64,000 nucleotides of DNA from the human T2T-CHM13v2.0 reference genome, Homo sapiens. This document shows, piece by piece, positions 1-21,360 of this stretch (positions are counted from its first letter, which is position 1; each line of letters starts with the position of its first letter). Under the pieces are notes generated by a model, which was not told the DNA's origin, searched no databases, and was given only the letters and a program-made list of their open reading frames with translations. The translations under genes and the position numbers were made by a program. The stretch lies in NCBI RefSeq assembly GCF_009914755.1, contig NC_060940.1; one strand, 5' to 3'.

Positions 1-34
1 GCAAACCACAATTCAGTGGAAAAGGGTCGAACAG

Positions 35-73
<39 letters not shown>

Positions 74-185
74 TCCTTCCTTCCTTCCTTCCTTCCTTCC
101 TTCCTTCCTTCCTTCCTTCCTTCCTTCCCTCCCTTCCTTTCCTTTCTTTTCTCTCTTTCTTTCTCTCTCTCTTTCTTCTCTCTCT
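35..185. repeat. (GCCT)n-(CCTT)n-(CT)-rich microsatellite, derived from an Alu tail
   Basis: Tandem gcct then cctt units abutting a minus-strand Alu. Confidence 0.9.
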
Positions 186-1030
<845 letters not shown>

Positions 1031-1159
1031 CCAGACAGGTTTCTTAACATGGTGTAGAAGAGTTAATTCATGGAAAGTTCTACTCTTTATTCAATTGTTT
1101 TGGCATCATTTATACTGCTGATATTTTATCTGCCTTTTCCAGATTTAAAAATAAATTCT

Positions 1160-1456
<297 letters not shown>

Positions 1457-2475
1457 CCTTCAAGTCTTAAAAAAAATATCTTTTCTGGCCAACTCAGCAG
1501 GAAAGAGGCTCAACAGGAGAGCCAGCCATTTATTTTTAAATGTTTAAGTATGGCTATATAACTATATATATATTTTTATAGAGCATTTAAACATTTACTT
1601 TTGCCACTAAGTTATTGCTCCTTAAGGCTTTCTGTGAGCGATAGTTGAACACAATAGGGTTATAGTGTTTTAATAGAGAGAAATACAGTCTTTATGAAAT
1701 AAGCTACTGTTTAGATAGACTCTTTGGCTTAGTAAAAGTGGTTCTTATCTAAAGCTCAGTTTCTGAATCGGGAAAGGCATTTGTTAGAAGCGTCATCTAG
1801 CACGCTTCAGTGCTGGAAACAGAAGCTGGGCAAGAACATAAAAAATCCATTTATAAACTCAATGAGTCTTCTTTTCATAAGTAGCAACTTGTCTCCTGAA
1901 TTGGTTGAGACTCAGTTCTGACTGTAGACATAGTTCTGCTCTAGAAAGCTCTGACATGATTCCAGTCTATTAGTGCCTTGGAGGGCACAGAACTGTACCT
2001 TTAATGCAGCTCTTGGTCTAATCTTCCTGCCAGAAAGGAACCTGCAGAACTCCAGGAACCAAAATTGCTGCTGTAAAATTGGAGGTTGACTAGGAAAATG
2101 CCTTTTCCTATCAAGTCACGTGTGCTGGGGTAAGAAACGTATGAAATGTCTTTCTGTGCAGGGTGAGATGATAGGGGCTCAATTTCTGCCTCTAGAAGGT
2201 TATAGTGTGAGAAGCGCACAGGGCTGAAGGGGTCTGCAGTGTTCGTAGTCATGGAATAAGTGCTCTTTTAGAATAGAGAGATTTCGTCAGTAAATAAAGG
2301 ACGTTATATATTGAGGTGCCAAAAGGCTTGATTTGAAATAACATCAGGCATAATTTATGAGTTAGCCACTGACTTGTTAGCCTATTGTATAAAGCCAGAG
2401 GTTAAACTGGGCCAAGGCCACAAACAGCCTCATAGGGCCATTTTGTTTGGATTTAGGGAAACAATGGCTTCCTAT

Positions 2476-2600
2476 AAATGGTTCTTAAATGTAGCTGATC
2501 TTCAGAGTTGCCCAGGAAACTTTTAAAACACAAATTCTCAGGCCCGTTCCCAGATGTACTGAATGAGGAGTGGGAGGATGAGGTCCAGGAACCCTGAGTT
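2476..2600. mobile_element. MER5-like hAT DNA transposon fragment
   Basis: tggttcttaaa...aaaacacaaattctcaggccc...cccagatgtactgaat resembles the MER5A consensus. Confidence 0.5.
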
Positions 2601-3004
2601 TGGGATTCAGGTCACTGGATGGGACCTTGGAGAAAGAATTTAGGCCAGGCAGATCTGGTTTTCAATCTTGCCTGTGTGACCTTGAGCAACTGTCTTGACT
2701 GTTCTGAGCTTCAGAACCTTTAAGAAGAGTAACTTTGGAGTGAGTTGATGAGACAGCACATGTCAAGTGTCTCAGAGGATTGGCATCAAGGATGCTTTGC
2801 TCCAGCAAATGATGCCACTGACGCCACCGCCCTTTGGGATTTCTGTGGACATGATGCCCAAGTAAACCATAATCAGATTGCCACATAGCAGGTCAGGCCA
2901 CTGGCTGAATCTCAGAGAGGAAGTGTTTGACATCCTGGTTCTTTCTGATAACCTCCAATTGAACCTAATTAAATGTGTGTCCACCCACTCAAAAGCCAAC
3001 AGCA

Positions 3005-3319
<315 letters not shown>

Positions 3320-3703
3320 CAAGAGCAGGTGGATGGAACCAGTTGAGCAGCCTGGTGTAGGCCTTGGGGCTTCCAATTCACTTGAGGGACATCTCTTGCC
3401 CTGGGTCCCCTAAACATGCGATAATCATGCTTTGTGCTTGTAAGCCTCAATATCTCCAAGGCTCACTGGCTTCTCACTATAATTGGGTGAGGGGATTGCC
3501 TGTAGGCGATGTCCCCCAGACAGCTCCTGGCTGGCCTGGATCTTCTTCAGCGATCAGAAACTAAGGGAAATCAGGGGCATTTGGAGGCACAGGTTAAAAT
3601 GGCTGAGCTTCCTGGATTGACAATTGTACTGGACGCTTGGAAGGAACAGCATTATTCCCTCCATAATAGCTTTTATTTATTTAGTGTTTGCTTTGTGCCA
3701 GGC

Positions 3704-4467
<764 letters not shown>

Positions 4468-4983
4468 TAGTTTAAGTTTTTAAATGGAATTTTAAAAATA
4501 TACACACAGGGAAATTCAGTGAAAGGAATGATACATACACTTCAGAGGGATGAGGGAGCCATCAGTCACTGGCCAAAGGCTGTTGCTGGAGAGTTCTAAC
4601 TTCCTGGCATCTCCAGTCTGCCTTGCCTAGGAAGAATGGCTTTCCCTGTCTTCCTTGTACAGATCCTGGTGGTTAGGCGTGTGCCAATGCCATGGACAAG
4701 GTCAGTCCTGTGGCATGTGGGTCAGGCACCAGCAGCATCTGCTATAGAGGCTGAGGGTGAGGGAAGTGTCTCAAAACAGACACAGGTAGGTGATTGTAGG
4801 TTTCTGGGTTTTGCACTGGAAGGTTGGGGAATCCTTCCTTGAGACAGAGAGCACCGGAGGGGTAATCGGGAGGGGCAGGTGGGGGAAGCGCCTGAGTTTG
4901 GTTTGAACGTGTTGAGTTGGGCTCATCCACATGGAGATGTCAAGATGGCAGATGGAGTTTTGGGTCTCAGGCTCAGGGAAAAG

Positions 4984-5990
<1,007 letters not shown>

Positions 5991-6847
5991 CAGAAAGAGG
6001 CTACCAGCAGCCTGACAGGTGAGGTGGACACTTCACCCCTTCAGGCCTCTGGGTTTGAACCATCAGGTAGAAGGGAGGCTGGAGCCATCCATTCCCCAGG
6101 CTTCTCCTATAAATGAACTCTGGTTCAGCGCTGCCCCCAGTCCTGTCCTGGCCTTGGTAGGAGCAGAGAACAGATGGTCTAAAACCCATCACGGTCAGGC
6201 TGACCTCCCACCGCCTCCCTCCACACACATGGCCCCCAGCTGGGGTAGAGGCAGAAGGAGTGGGAGAGAGAGGTTCTAAAATATGTGTACAAACATTGAA
6301 ATTGTTTTTCCATCCTTATCTCCAGTTTCTGTTTCATGGGTCTTTCTGTGGAAATAAAACTCTAAGTTTACTGGTGGTTATTAAAACAATGAATTTCCTC
6401 CTCCAATGGAGACAAGTGCAATGGCTGGACTTTTAGTGTCTAATTACCAGGAGCAGTTAAAGTAGCTTAGTAAGTGGGTGTCCAGATGACTTAGGTGTTC
6501 TTGCATATTTCAATATCTATTTAAAGAAAGGGTGCCCAGCCTCCATTAACATCCAGAGATTCTCCTAGAAGCCACCCTATTTCCCATCATTAAGGTCAAT
6601 CTGAGTTTCCAAACAAAGAGCAGGATAAATGAATTGGACCTGCCAGGCCCAGGAAGCCCTGGGCTCCTCAGCCTAGCAACAGCTCCCAGTGTTGTTCTTT
6701 TTCAGTAAAATGAAGGTCAAAGGAATCATGTGGCCTCTGGCTTTGAGAGAAAGAAATCTTCCCAGGGGACTCCTAAGACAGTGAAGGGAACTGTGAGCCC
6801 ACCACAGGGGAAGCAGGACAGACTCAGGCTGTGAGTCAATCTTGCAC

Positions 6848-8193
<1,346 letters not shown>

Positions 8194-9589
8194 TTATTAT
8201 TTATTATAATTTCATGGCTGTTTTGCTCAGGGGTGATTTTCAATTTGAACATCAAATTTGGCATGAACACCAACCAAAAGCAGCCAATACTATCTATGGT
8301 GTTTGGGTGCGCTGGCTGATGGCAGCCCCAGGACTTTCAGCGGGAATTTCCTTTTGTGCTAATGCCTTGCTGTCAACAGCAGGTGAAACGATGCTGGTGA
8401 AGAAGCCAAGTGTCAGGTGTGCCTGGCATGTCCTGAGAATCTGATTCCTGGGGGTGGTGCCTCCCTGGCTGCGAGGGCCCAGGGCAGGCCTGCTGCTGTT
8501 CTCTCCCTCCTGGTGCAGGAGAACGCAGATGCCGAGAAGTTGGAATCTGAAGATGGATCATCCATAATATAAAAAATGACACTCCAAATCGGTTTCAAAT
8601 AAAAGGATATTTCATGATGGTGCTGGCACTGATTGTTTCACGTGGCTTCATGCTTCAAATGTTTTTCGGTCAAATTAAGAGGCCTAGTAGCCATCAAACT
8701 CTTGTCCAGTGCAATGACCAGAAATCATTATAAATGAGTTCGAATATTGCTAGGGACATAGATGCACAGCAGTGGTCACAGGGAAGTGAGACCAAGAGAT
8801 TGTTTCACCGAGGAAATGCCATTATCACATCACTCTCAGAGCCCGCGTCTTTGCTCAAGGAAGGGAAAGAAATCCCCCCAGGATGTCTTATAATTGTTAC
8901 AGGTGCCACCAAATGTGGGAAATAACTAGAATGCAGGAATTCCAGGAGAAAAATTAGTGGAGATACCTATTGCAGTAAGCGCTGTTTAAGCAATAATAAT
9001 AAAGGTAAGGGCTCACATTTATGCAGCATTTACTATGAGCCAGCCATTGTTTCAGATACATCTATTAACCACCTTATAAGGTACGCTCAGTTATTATTCC
9101 CACTTTAGTGATGAGGAAACCGAAGCATGGAGAGGTGCAGCACAAGCAGGCTCCACCTGGGTCACAGCTTTTTCTCTCGAATCAATTCATTTCACACCAA
9201 GTATTGATGCCCTCTAGGTGTCATGGGGGAAAGTGTCCCAATTTCTGTGCTTAAGGGTGGGGTTGGGTGATTAATTTGGAGGAAATCTTCCACATGCCCG
9301 GTGTGTCCTGCAGATACAATTGTTGGAGAGGCTGGAGAAACCAATATTTTAGCAGAAGCTTGAGGAACAGGCAGTTTTCCTTGTTTTCACCATCCCTAGA
9401 TGACGTGGCTGTGAGTTCCATGTAAAAACGTGCAGTTTGCATTACTGTTCTCTTCTCCCTGGCCTAAATTGGATTTAGACTCAGCCCTCCTGCCCTGTCC
9501 CGGTCTCTCTGAGGACTTCTACCTATTCCCTCATTCCCCTAGCCCCATTTTGCTCAGATGGGTTTTTTATGGCCATGACTCCACCCAGC

Positions 9590-10259
9590 TAGAGTTGTCA
9601 GATTTAGCAAATAAAAATAGAGGTCCGCCAGCGGTGGCTCATCCCTGTAATCCCAGCACTGTGGGAGGCCGAGGTGGGAGGATCACCCGAGCCCAGGAGT
9701 TTGAAGCCAGCCTGGGCAACATAACAAGACCTTGTTTCTACAAGAAATAAAAATATTAGCCAGTTTCGTGGTGGTGCATGCCTGTAGTCCCAGCTACTCA
9801 GGAGGCTGAGGAGGGAGGATCGTTTGAGCTCAGGAATTTGAGTCTGCAGTGAGCCAAGATAGTGCCACTGCACCACAGCCTGGTGACAGAGTGAGACCCT
9901 GTATGAAAAAAAAAAAGGAGGCTGTCAGTTAAAGTTAAATTCAAATTTCAGATAAACAATGGAAAAATTTTAGTGTAAGTATGTACCATGCAGTATTTGA
10001 GACATACTTCATTACTATTTAGAAATATATACATATGTAAAATTAAATTTCTATAGAGATGAGGTCTCACCATGTTGCCCAGGCTGGTCCTGAGACTCCT
10101 GGGCTCAAGCAATCCTCCCGCCTTGGCCTCCAAAGTGCTGGGACCACAGGCGTGCACCACCGCGCCCGGCCGGGACATACTTACACTAAAAAAAGTACTT
10201 GCTGTCTATCTGAAATTCAGATTTGGGTGGGTCGCCCTGTATTTCTCGAGGCAACCCCT
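9590..10259. mobile_element. MER53 palindromic DNA transposon interrupted by an AluJ (+, ~9624-9916) and an Alu monomer/FLAM (-, ~10010-10171)
   Basis: Ends tagagttgtcagatttagcaaataaaaat and ...ctgtatttctcgaggcaaccct. Internal aaatttcagataaacaa...aagtatgtaccatgcagtatttgagacatactt matches MER53. The FLAM TSD is gagacatactt/gggacatactt. Confidence 0.8.
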
Positions 10260-11100
10260 CAGCAGCCCTCAGGGGGGACTCCCTCCGCACTCCAGGCCCT
10301 CGGGTGGCGCCTTCGCTGGTTTATCTGCGGTTCACTTGCACCTTCTTCAGAAGTGGCCGACAGCCCACAGCGAAGGCGGCCCCGTGCCAGACTCTTCTCT
10401 GGGGATGAGGCTCCGGGGAGGAGACTCCGGGGATGCGCCTCTGGCGGGATCTCCCCTGGAAGAATCTGAGTCCAGTGGGGAGAGGAACACGTCCCGCAGC
10501 TGCCCCGTTCCACGGTGGGAGGCGTCACGCGGCCGGGAACACAGGGAGGCGGGGGGCTCCGGAGGCGGCGGCTGGGAGGACCCCGCGGGAGGGCGCCGGG
10601 GAGGCCGCGAGGACCGCGCCGGGGGGCTGCGCCCAGGCAAGCTGTGTCCCTCCGAGGCGAAGATAGGAAGCTGCCCCGCGGCGCGCGGTCCCCAGGCAGG
10701 GTGCTCGCGGGCGGAGTCAACACAGCCTGGCTTCTGCACCGGCTCAGGCCGCCAGAGGGCGCGCGGGTTCGGGAAATGGCTTCCCCCCCCGCAGGAGGAG
10801 GGCCGAGCTCCCCGCGGGGCGGGAGGAGGAGGGAAAACCGAGGACAAGCCCCCGCCTTGGCGTCGAGGGTCTCCACCAAAGCCCCACGCGAGAACGGGCC
10901 GCGTGTTTCTGGTGAGAGGGGTCTCGATAGTGCCATCCACCGCGAGGCCCGACTCCCAGCGGCGTCCAGGAAGCAAGGGAGGGAGGGCGGGAGCGGGGAC
11001 GCGGCCGTTCCCACCCGGCTCCTCTCACGAGACCCGTGACAAATCGCTGGTCGGAGAGAGAGTGCACGGCCCCAAGGAAGGGAGGCACTCAGAGCCCTGT
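10240..11100. promoter_or_regulatory. CpG island with no adjacent coding gene in the window (orphan CGI; promoter or enhancer candidate)
   Basis: Very GC-rich, CpG-dense, non-repeat stretch (e.g. ccccgcggcgcgcgg, gggcgcgcggg). GC boxes (ccccgcc ~10850, gggcgg ~10985), CRE-like gcgtcac ~10522 and many G-runs. Confidence 0.85.
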
Positions 11101-11283
11101 CCTTCCAGACATTCAGACTATTAACTGATGGTTGGTCTAGAGGGGACAGGACGGCAGAGAGACAGAGAAAGCTGGCGAAGGACGCGCAGGATTTCAGATG
11201 TAATGCGTGACTCAGAGAGATTGCATAACTTCTTCCAGGCCTCAGTTTCGACGTCTGTCAAATGGGAGTACATTTTCCCTCAG

Positions 11284-11932
<649 letters not shown>

Positions 11933-12065
11933 CCTCAGTGGTCCAATGAGAAAATCCACTCATCATGTGACTGTGTTTGTAAACCGTGAGGTGTGCAAAA
12001 TGAGGAGCTGTTGCCCTCTCTTTCCTCCCCTTTCACCACTCTCTTTCCTCCCCTTAAAAAACAGG

Positions 12066-12385
12066 GGAGGTGGCTCACTCCTGTAATCCCAGCACTTCGG
12101 GAGGCCAAGATGGAGGGATTACTTGAGCTCAGGAGTTTGAGAACAGCCTGGGCAACATAGTGAGCACCCCCCTTCTCCACTAAAAATCAAAACAATTACC
12201 TGGGTGTGGTGGTGCCTGCTCATGGTCCCAACTACTCTTGAGGCTGAGGAGGGAGGATCGCATGACGCAGATCCAGAAGGCAGAGGTTGCACTAAGCCGA
12301 GATGGCTCCACTGCACTCCAGCCTGGGCAACAGAGTGAGACCCTGTCTCAAACAAAACAAAACAAAACAAAACAAAACAAAAAAA
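12066..12385 (+). mobile_element. AluJ-like with (AAAAC)n tail
   Basis: Alu consensus. Confidence 0.85.
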
Positions 12386-13621
12386 CCAGGGGAGAGAATA
12401 TGTGTTGAATAAAAGAAAGGAAGGAAGGAAGAAGGGTGGGAGGAGAAAAGACAAGAGGAACACAGTCAGGGTGGGCTCTGCCTTTCCTCCTTCTCCTCTT
12501 CCCTTGTTAAACGTTCCAGAGACACCGGGCCTTTGATTTCCTTATTTTTCAGATGAGAAGATTCATTCATTATTCGGCAAGTATTACCGAGTCCCCAGTG
12601 TCTGCCCTCCCAAGAGGATAGAATCTAGCAGGGCCATAGTCCTGTCCACATAACATTCCCTCATGTGTCTACACTGCTTCAGATTTTGCAAAGCATTTTT
12701 ACAGCCACTTTCTAATTTGTCCTCCAGGAAACCTTGGCCAGGTGCAGAGACAGGATTAATTGAATTTTCCTCCATTTTACAGACAGGAAGCAAGGTTCAG
12801 AGACACCAAGCGCTGCCCAAGGTGGCTTAGTAGCATGGGGGTCAATATGGCTTCTTTCCCAACAAATGCTTCACATGTAGTGAGTTGAAAAACATAGCAG
12901 GAGGAAGTGACCTTGTTTGTTGAATAAAAGAGCAAACGGTTAAAACTGGAAACAAGCTCCGTGTTCTTCAGCAGGGTGAAAAGGCGGCGGCCCATGGAAG
13001 GCTATGCAGCTATGCTTGTGGCTGGCTCATTTTGGAGGTAACAGTCACAGTTTCCATCATTTAGGGCCCTCTCTGAGCTGGATGCTCTGCCAAGCCTCCC
13101 ATACAGATTATTACTTCACCTTCACAATAGCACCCAAGGTAGGTACTCAGGCAGGAGGGTGACCTCCTCAAGATCACATGGCTGTGGAGCGTGGAGGTGG
13201 GCTCTGAGCCCAGGTCTCTCTGCCTCCAGAGCCTGCCCAGCATTGCAGGTGTTTGCAAATGTTTGTGGAAAGGCCAAAACGTCTTAGGCTGACTTGGTTC
13301 TCCTCTCAGAGCAAACCTTCATATTGATGAGGCCGCTCTCTACGCACTGGCTTGGAAAAGGCCCATGAAGGCTTGTTGAGTGAGTGAGAAAAAGAAGTAT
13401 CTGTGTGTGATTAAAAAAAACACAATTTCATATGGGCTCATATTTTTGTCTATGTCCAAGAATAACTCTAAGAGGATGCTAACCTATTTTCAGTGGTCAC
13501 TTTTCTGTGGAGAGTGGAACTGAAGTCGGGGTGGGTTCAGGGAGAATTTCTGATGTAATTCTATGAACTTGGTTATTGTCTGAATTTCTTGTAACAAGTA
13601 TGGTGCTTTAAACATCTTGGA

Positions 13622-17724
<4,103 letters not shown>

Positions 17725-17729
17725 AATAC

Positions 17730-18205
17730 ATGACTACCCTACGAACCAAAAATTGTACTCCTAGGCAGATACCCAACAGAAACACAGCCCTATGTGTGCC
17801 AAAGAAACATGGACTAGAATGTCCAAGGCAGTGCTAGTCACGATAGCCAGACTGGAAACTACCCAAATGCTCATCAACAGTAGATGAAAAACAATTATTT
17901 CCACAGGAGAGACGTTGATGAAACAATGAGAATGATTATCTAAACTACATACGACCACGTGATTGAATCCTGCAAATGTCTTGTGGGGTGGGAGAAGCTG
18001 AGTGCAAAGCATCTATGGTAGGACTCCATTCACAGATACAGAAGCAGGCATGCATGTCGGCCGTTAGAGGTCAGCTTTGGAGACAGCGAGTGACTGGAAG
18101 GGAAGTTTCTGGGAGCTGAGTGTGCTCTGTGTCTTGAACCGGGTGTGAATGTTAATGATGTACTTTTCTGTATGTAAATTATTTTCCAACAAAAATTTAA
18201 AAAGT
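17730..18205 (+). mobile_element. Old L1 (L1M-type) 3' end fragment
   Basis: tactcctaggcagatacccaacagaaa...gccagactggaaactacccaaatgctcatcaacagtaga...ttttctgtatgtaaattattttccaacaaaaa resembles an L1M 3' UTR. Confidence 0.65.
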
Positions 18206-18526
18206 GGAAGGCAATGGTTGGAATGGATTTAATTCAAGATAATGGGAGTGGGTTCTTTGGAGCCTGAAAGGATTGTTTCAGAAAATTCCACAGGCTCCTG
18301 TTCTCTTACAAGGCCAACAGTGCTGGAGCAGAGAGCATTTAGATGCCTTCCAGGAAGTGCTGTCCGTAATGGGACTAAGAGGAACGGGTTTAATAACCTT
18401 CCTATGCTGGCCGTACTTTGTGGTTTTCAAAGCACTTATCTGATCTGCATTTACTGAGTGTGAAAAAATTGTTATTTTAGTGGTTGGCACTTCTAAAGAA
18501 GGGTGCCCATTTAGGAAGTAAATTTC

Positions 18527-19432
<906 letters not shown>

Positions 19433-21053
19433 TCAAAGAACAGCATGACTGCAGCAGGCTTACACCTGGGTATGGGGAGATGGGGAGGAAGGCTTTGTGA
19501 TCCCGATTACACAGGATAAATCAATCCCAGAGAGGTTAAGAAACGTGTCCGAGATTACATAGTGAGTGTGGCCCCGTGGGATTTGAACCACTGGGCATAG
19601 AACACCTGGAGAGGATTTGGACCCTGAAAGTCCTGCTCCTGCCGCCAGGTTTCCAGGCTGGCCTGACTCCTGCCCTCCTCCAGGCTGGGAAAGTCCACAC
19701 AGCCCACTTTTTCATCTGTGAGCTGCCTGGAGCCTTCTGATGAATCAACTTCTCTGGCCTTGATAAGTCAGGGCAGGTTTCTGAGCTTGTCCTTGAAGCA
19801 CCCATCTCACAGATGTGATGAGGCCTACCCTGTGTCCAGCCTTAGCCTGGTCCTGGACATGCGGACCCAGCCCCTCTCCTAGAGGAGCTCACAGTCAGGA
19901 GTGGAAGCAGGGGGCAGCTGTCTTCAGAAGGGGATGTGCACAGGCTGCCCGTTGCACAGTGCTGATGCTGGGCTTGCCCAGTGACCACCGCCCTCAAGGA
20001 GCTGGGGCTGGAGTAGTAGAGGATGGGGGAGGAAGAAAATGTCCCTAATTTGCAATGACAGGCTTCTAATCTATAAATAGCTTTCGGAAATAGAGCAGAG
20101 AGAGAGAAAGAGAAGTCATTTGCAGGCTTACATTCAATTCAACAGCAGCCTTTTTCTTCCTTCTGAGACAAGCTATTTGAGTCTATTCAAACTGAAAAAA
20201 ACAAAAACCACTTTGAATGACCAAATAATCTATTCAGCCATCTTGATGCCTCTCCCAGCTGGGAATTCACATTTTAGGCAGCCTTTGTCCCAGGGGTGGG
20301 TGAAGGCAGGTGAGTTCTGAGTGTGGAGGTGGAACAGTGAATACCCAGGCCCCTTTCCACCCCTCTCTCCAAGAAGTGTACCTGCAAACTCCTCAGCACC
20401 AGCCGCCACCATGGGAGAAATTCATTAGCAGATCTGGTTTTGCATAATTTAGTAGCTAGCATTCACAAATTAAGTCTGCTGGCTCCCCTCGTGGTAATGG
20501 CCTTTAGAGAGATGTGAGAAAACACAGGCTTGTAATCCCAGCAGTTTTCTGGAGCTGATAATTAATAACAACAATAAACTGCTAATAAGACACATCAGTT
20601 TTTCCTTCCACTCATGTCTTCTTGCTTGTTCCTCACCACTGCAGAAGAGGAAAGCAGATCTGATGTCCTCCATCTGATAGGCAAGGGAACTGAGATCTGG
20701 GGAGGTGTTCCCAGCTGGGGAGGAGGCTGTTCTGGAATCTGCCTCTTCAGCCGGCCTGGGGAGGGTCCTGGTGCCCTCTGAGCTCAGGGCCATGGCCCAC
20801 TCAGGAGGCCACTGGGGGACCATGGGAGAAGCAGGGCTCGGGAGCACTAAGCCTCTACCCACAGTCTGCATAGCAGGAACCTCAGTCCTTGCTGGAGTCC
20901 TTGGCAGAGCAAGTCCTTCGATTAGCAACACCATCAACAGCTGCAATAATCCAAAGCTAATCTTTGTCAAGTCCTTTCAGCCACCAAACACTCTTTCTGC
21001 ATGCACCATCTCATCAATAACACACAGTTGCCCATGAAGAAGGTACCTATCAC

Positions 21054-21360
21054 CTTTTTGCTTTGTTTTGTTTTGTTTTGAGACAGTGTCTTGCTCTGTC
21101 ACCCAGGCTGGAGCGCAGTGCTGCAATCAAGGCTCACTGCAGCCTCAAACTCCTGGGTTCAAGCGATTCTTGCACCGCAACCTCCTGAGTAGCTGGGACT
21201 ACAAGCGGCACCACATGCCCAACTAATTATTTTTTGTATTTTTGTGGAGATGGAATCTCACTATGTTGCCAGGCTTGTCTCAAACTCTTGGCCTCAAGCA
21301 ATCCTCCTTCCTCTGCTCCCCAGAGCACTGGGATTATAGTCGTGAGCCACTGAGCTGGCC
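21054..21360 (-). mobile_element. AluJ-like
   Basis: Diverged Alu consensus with a (TTTTG)n tail. Flanks tatcacct/tatcactt. Confidence 0.85.

Noticed and set aside
9590-10259. MER53 hairpin as a miR-1302-type precursor
   Set aside because: MER53 does give rise to the miR-1302 family, but here the palindrome is broken near its centre by a FLAM insertion and in one arm by an Alu.
10072-11124. 350-aa ORF and overlapping ORFs on both strands across the CpG island
   Set aside because: It starts in an Alu monomer and runs through MER53. The remainder is G/P/R/A low-complexity sequence expected from stop-poor GC-rich DNA, with no recognisable domain.
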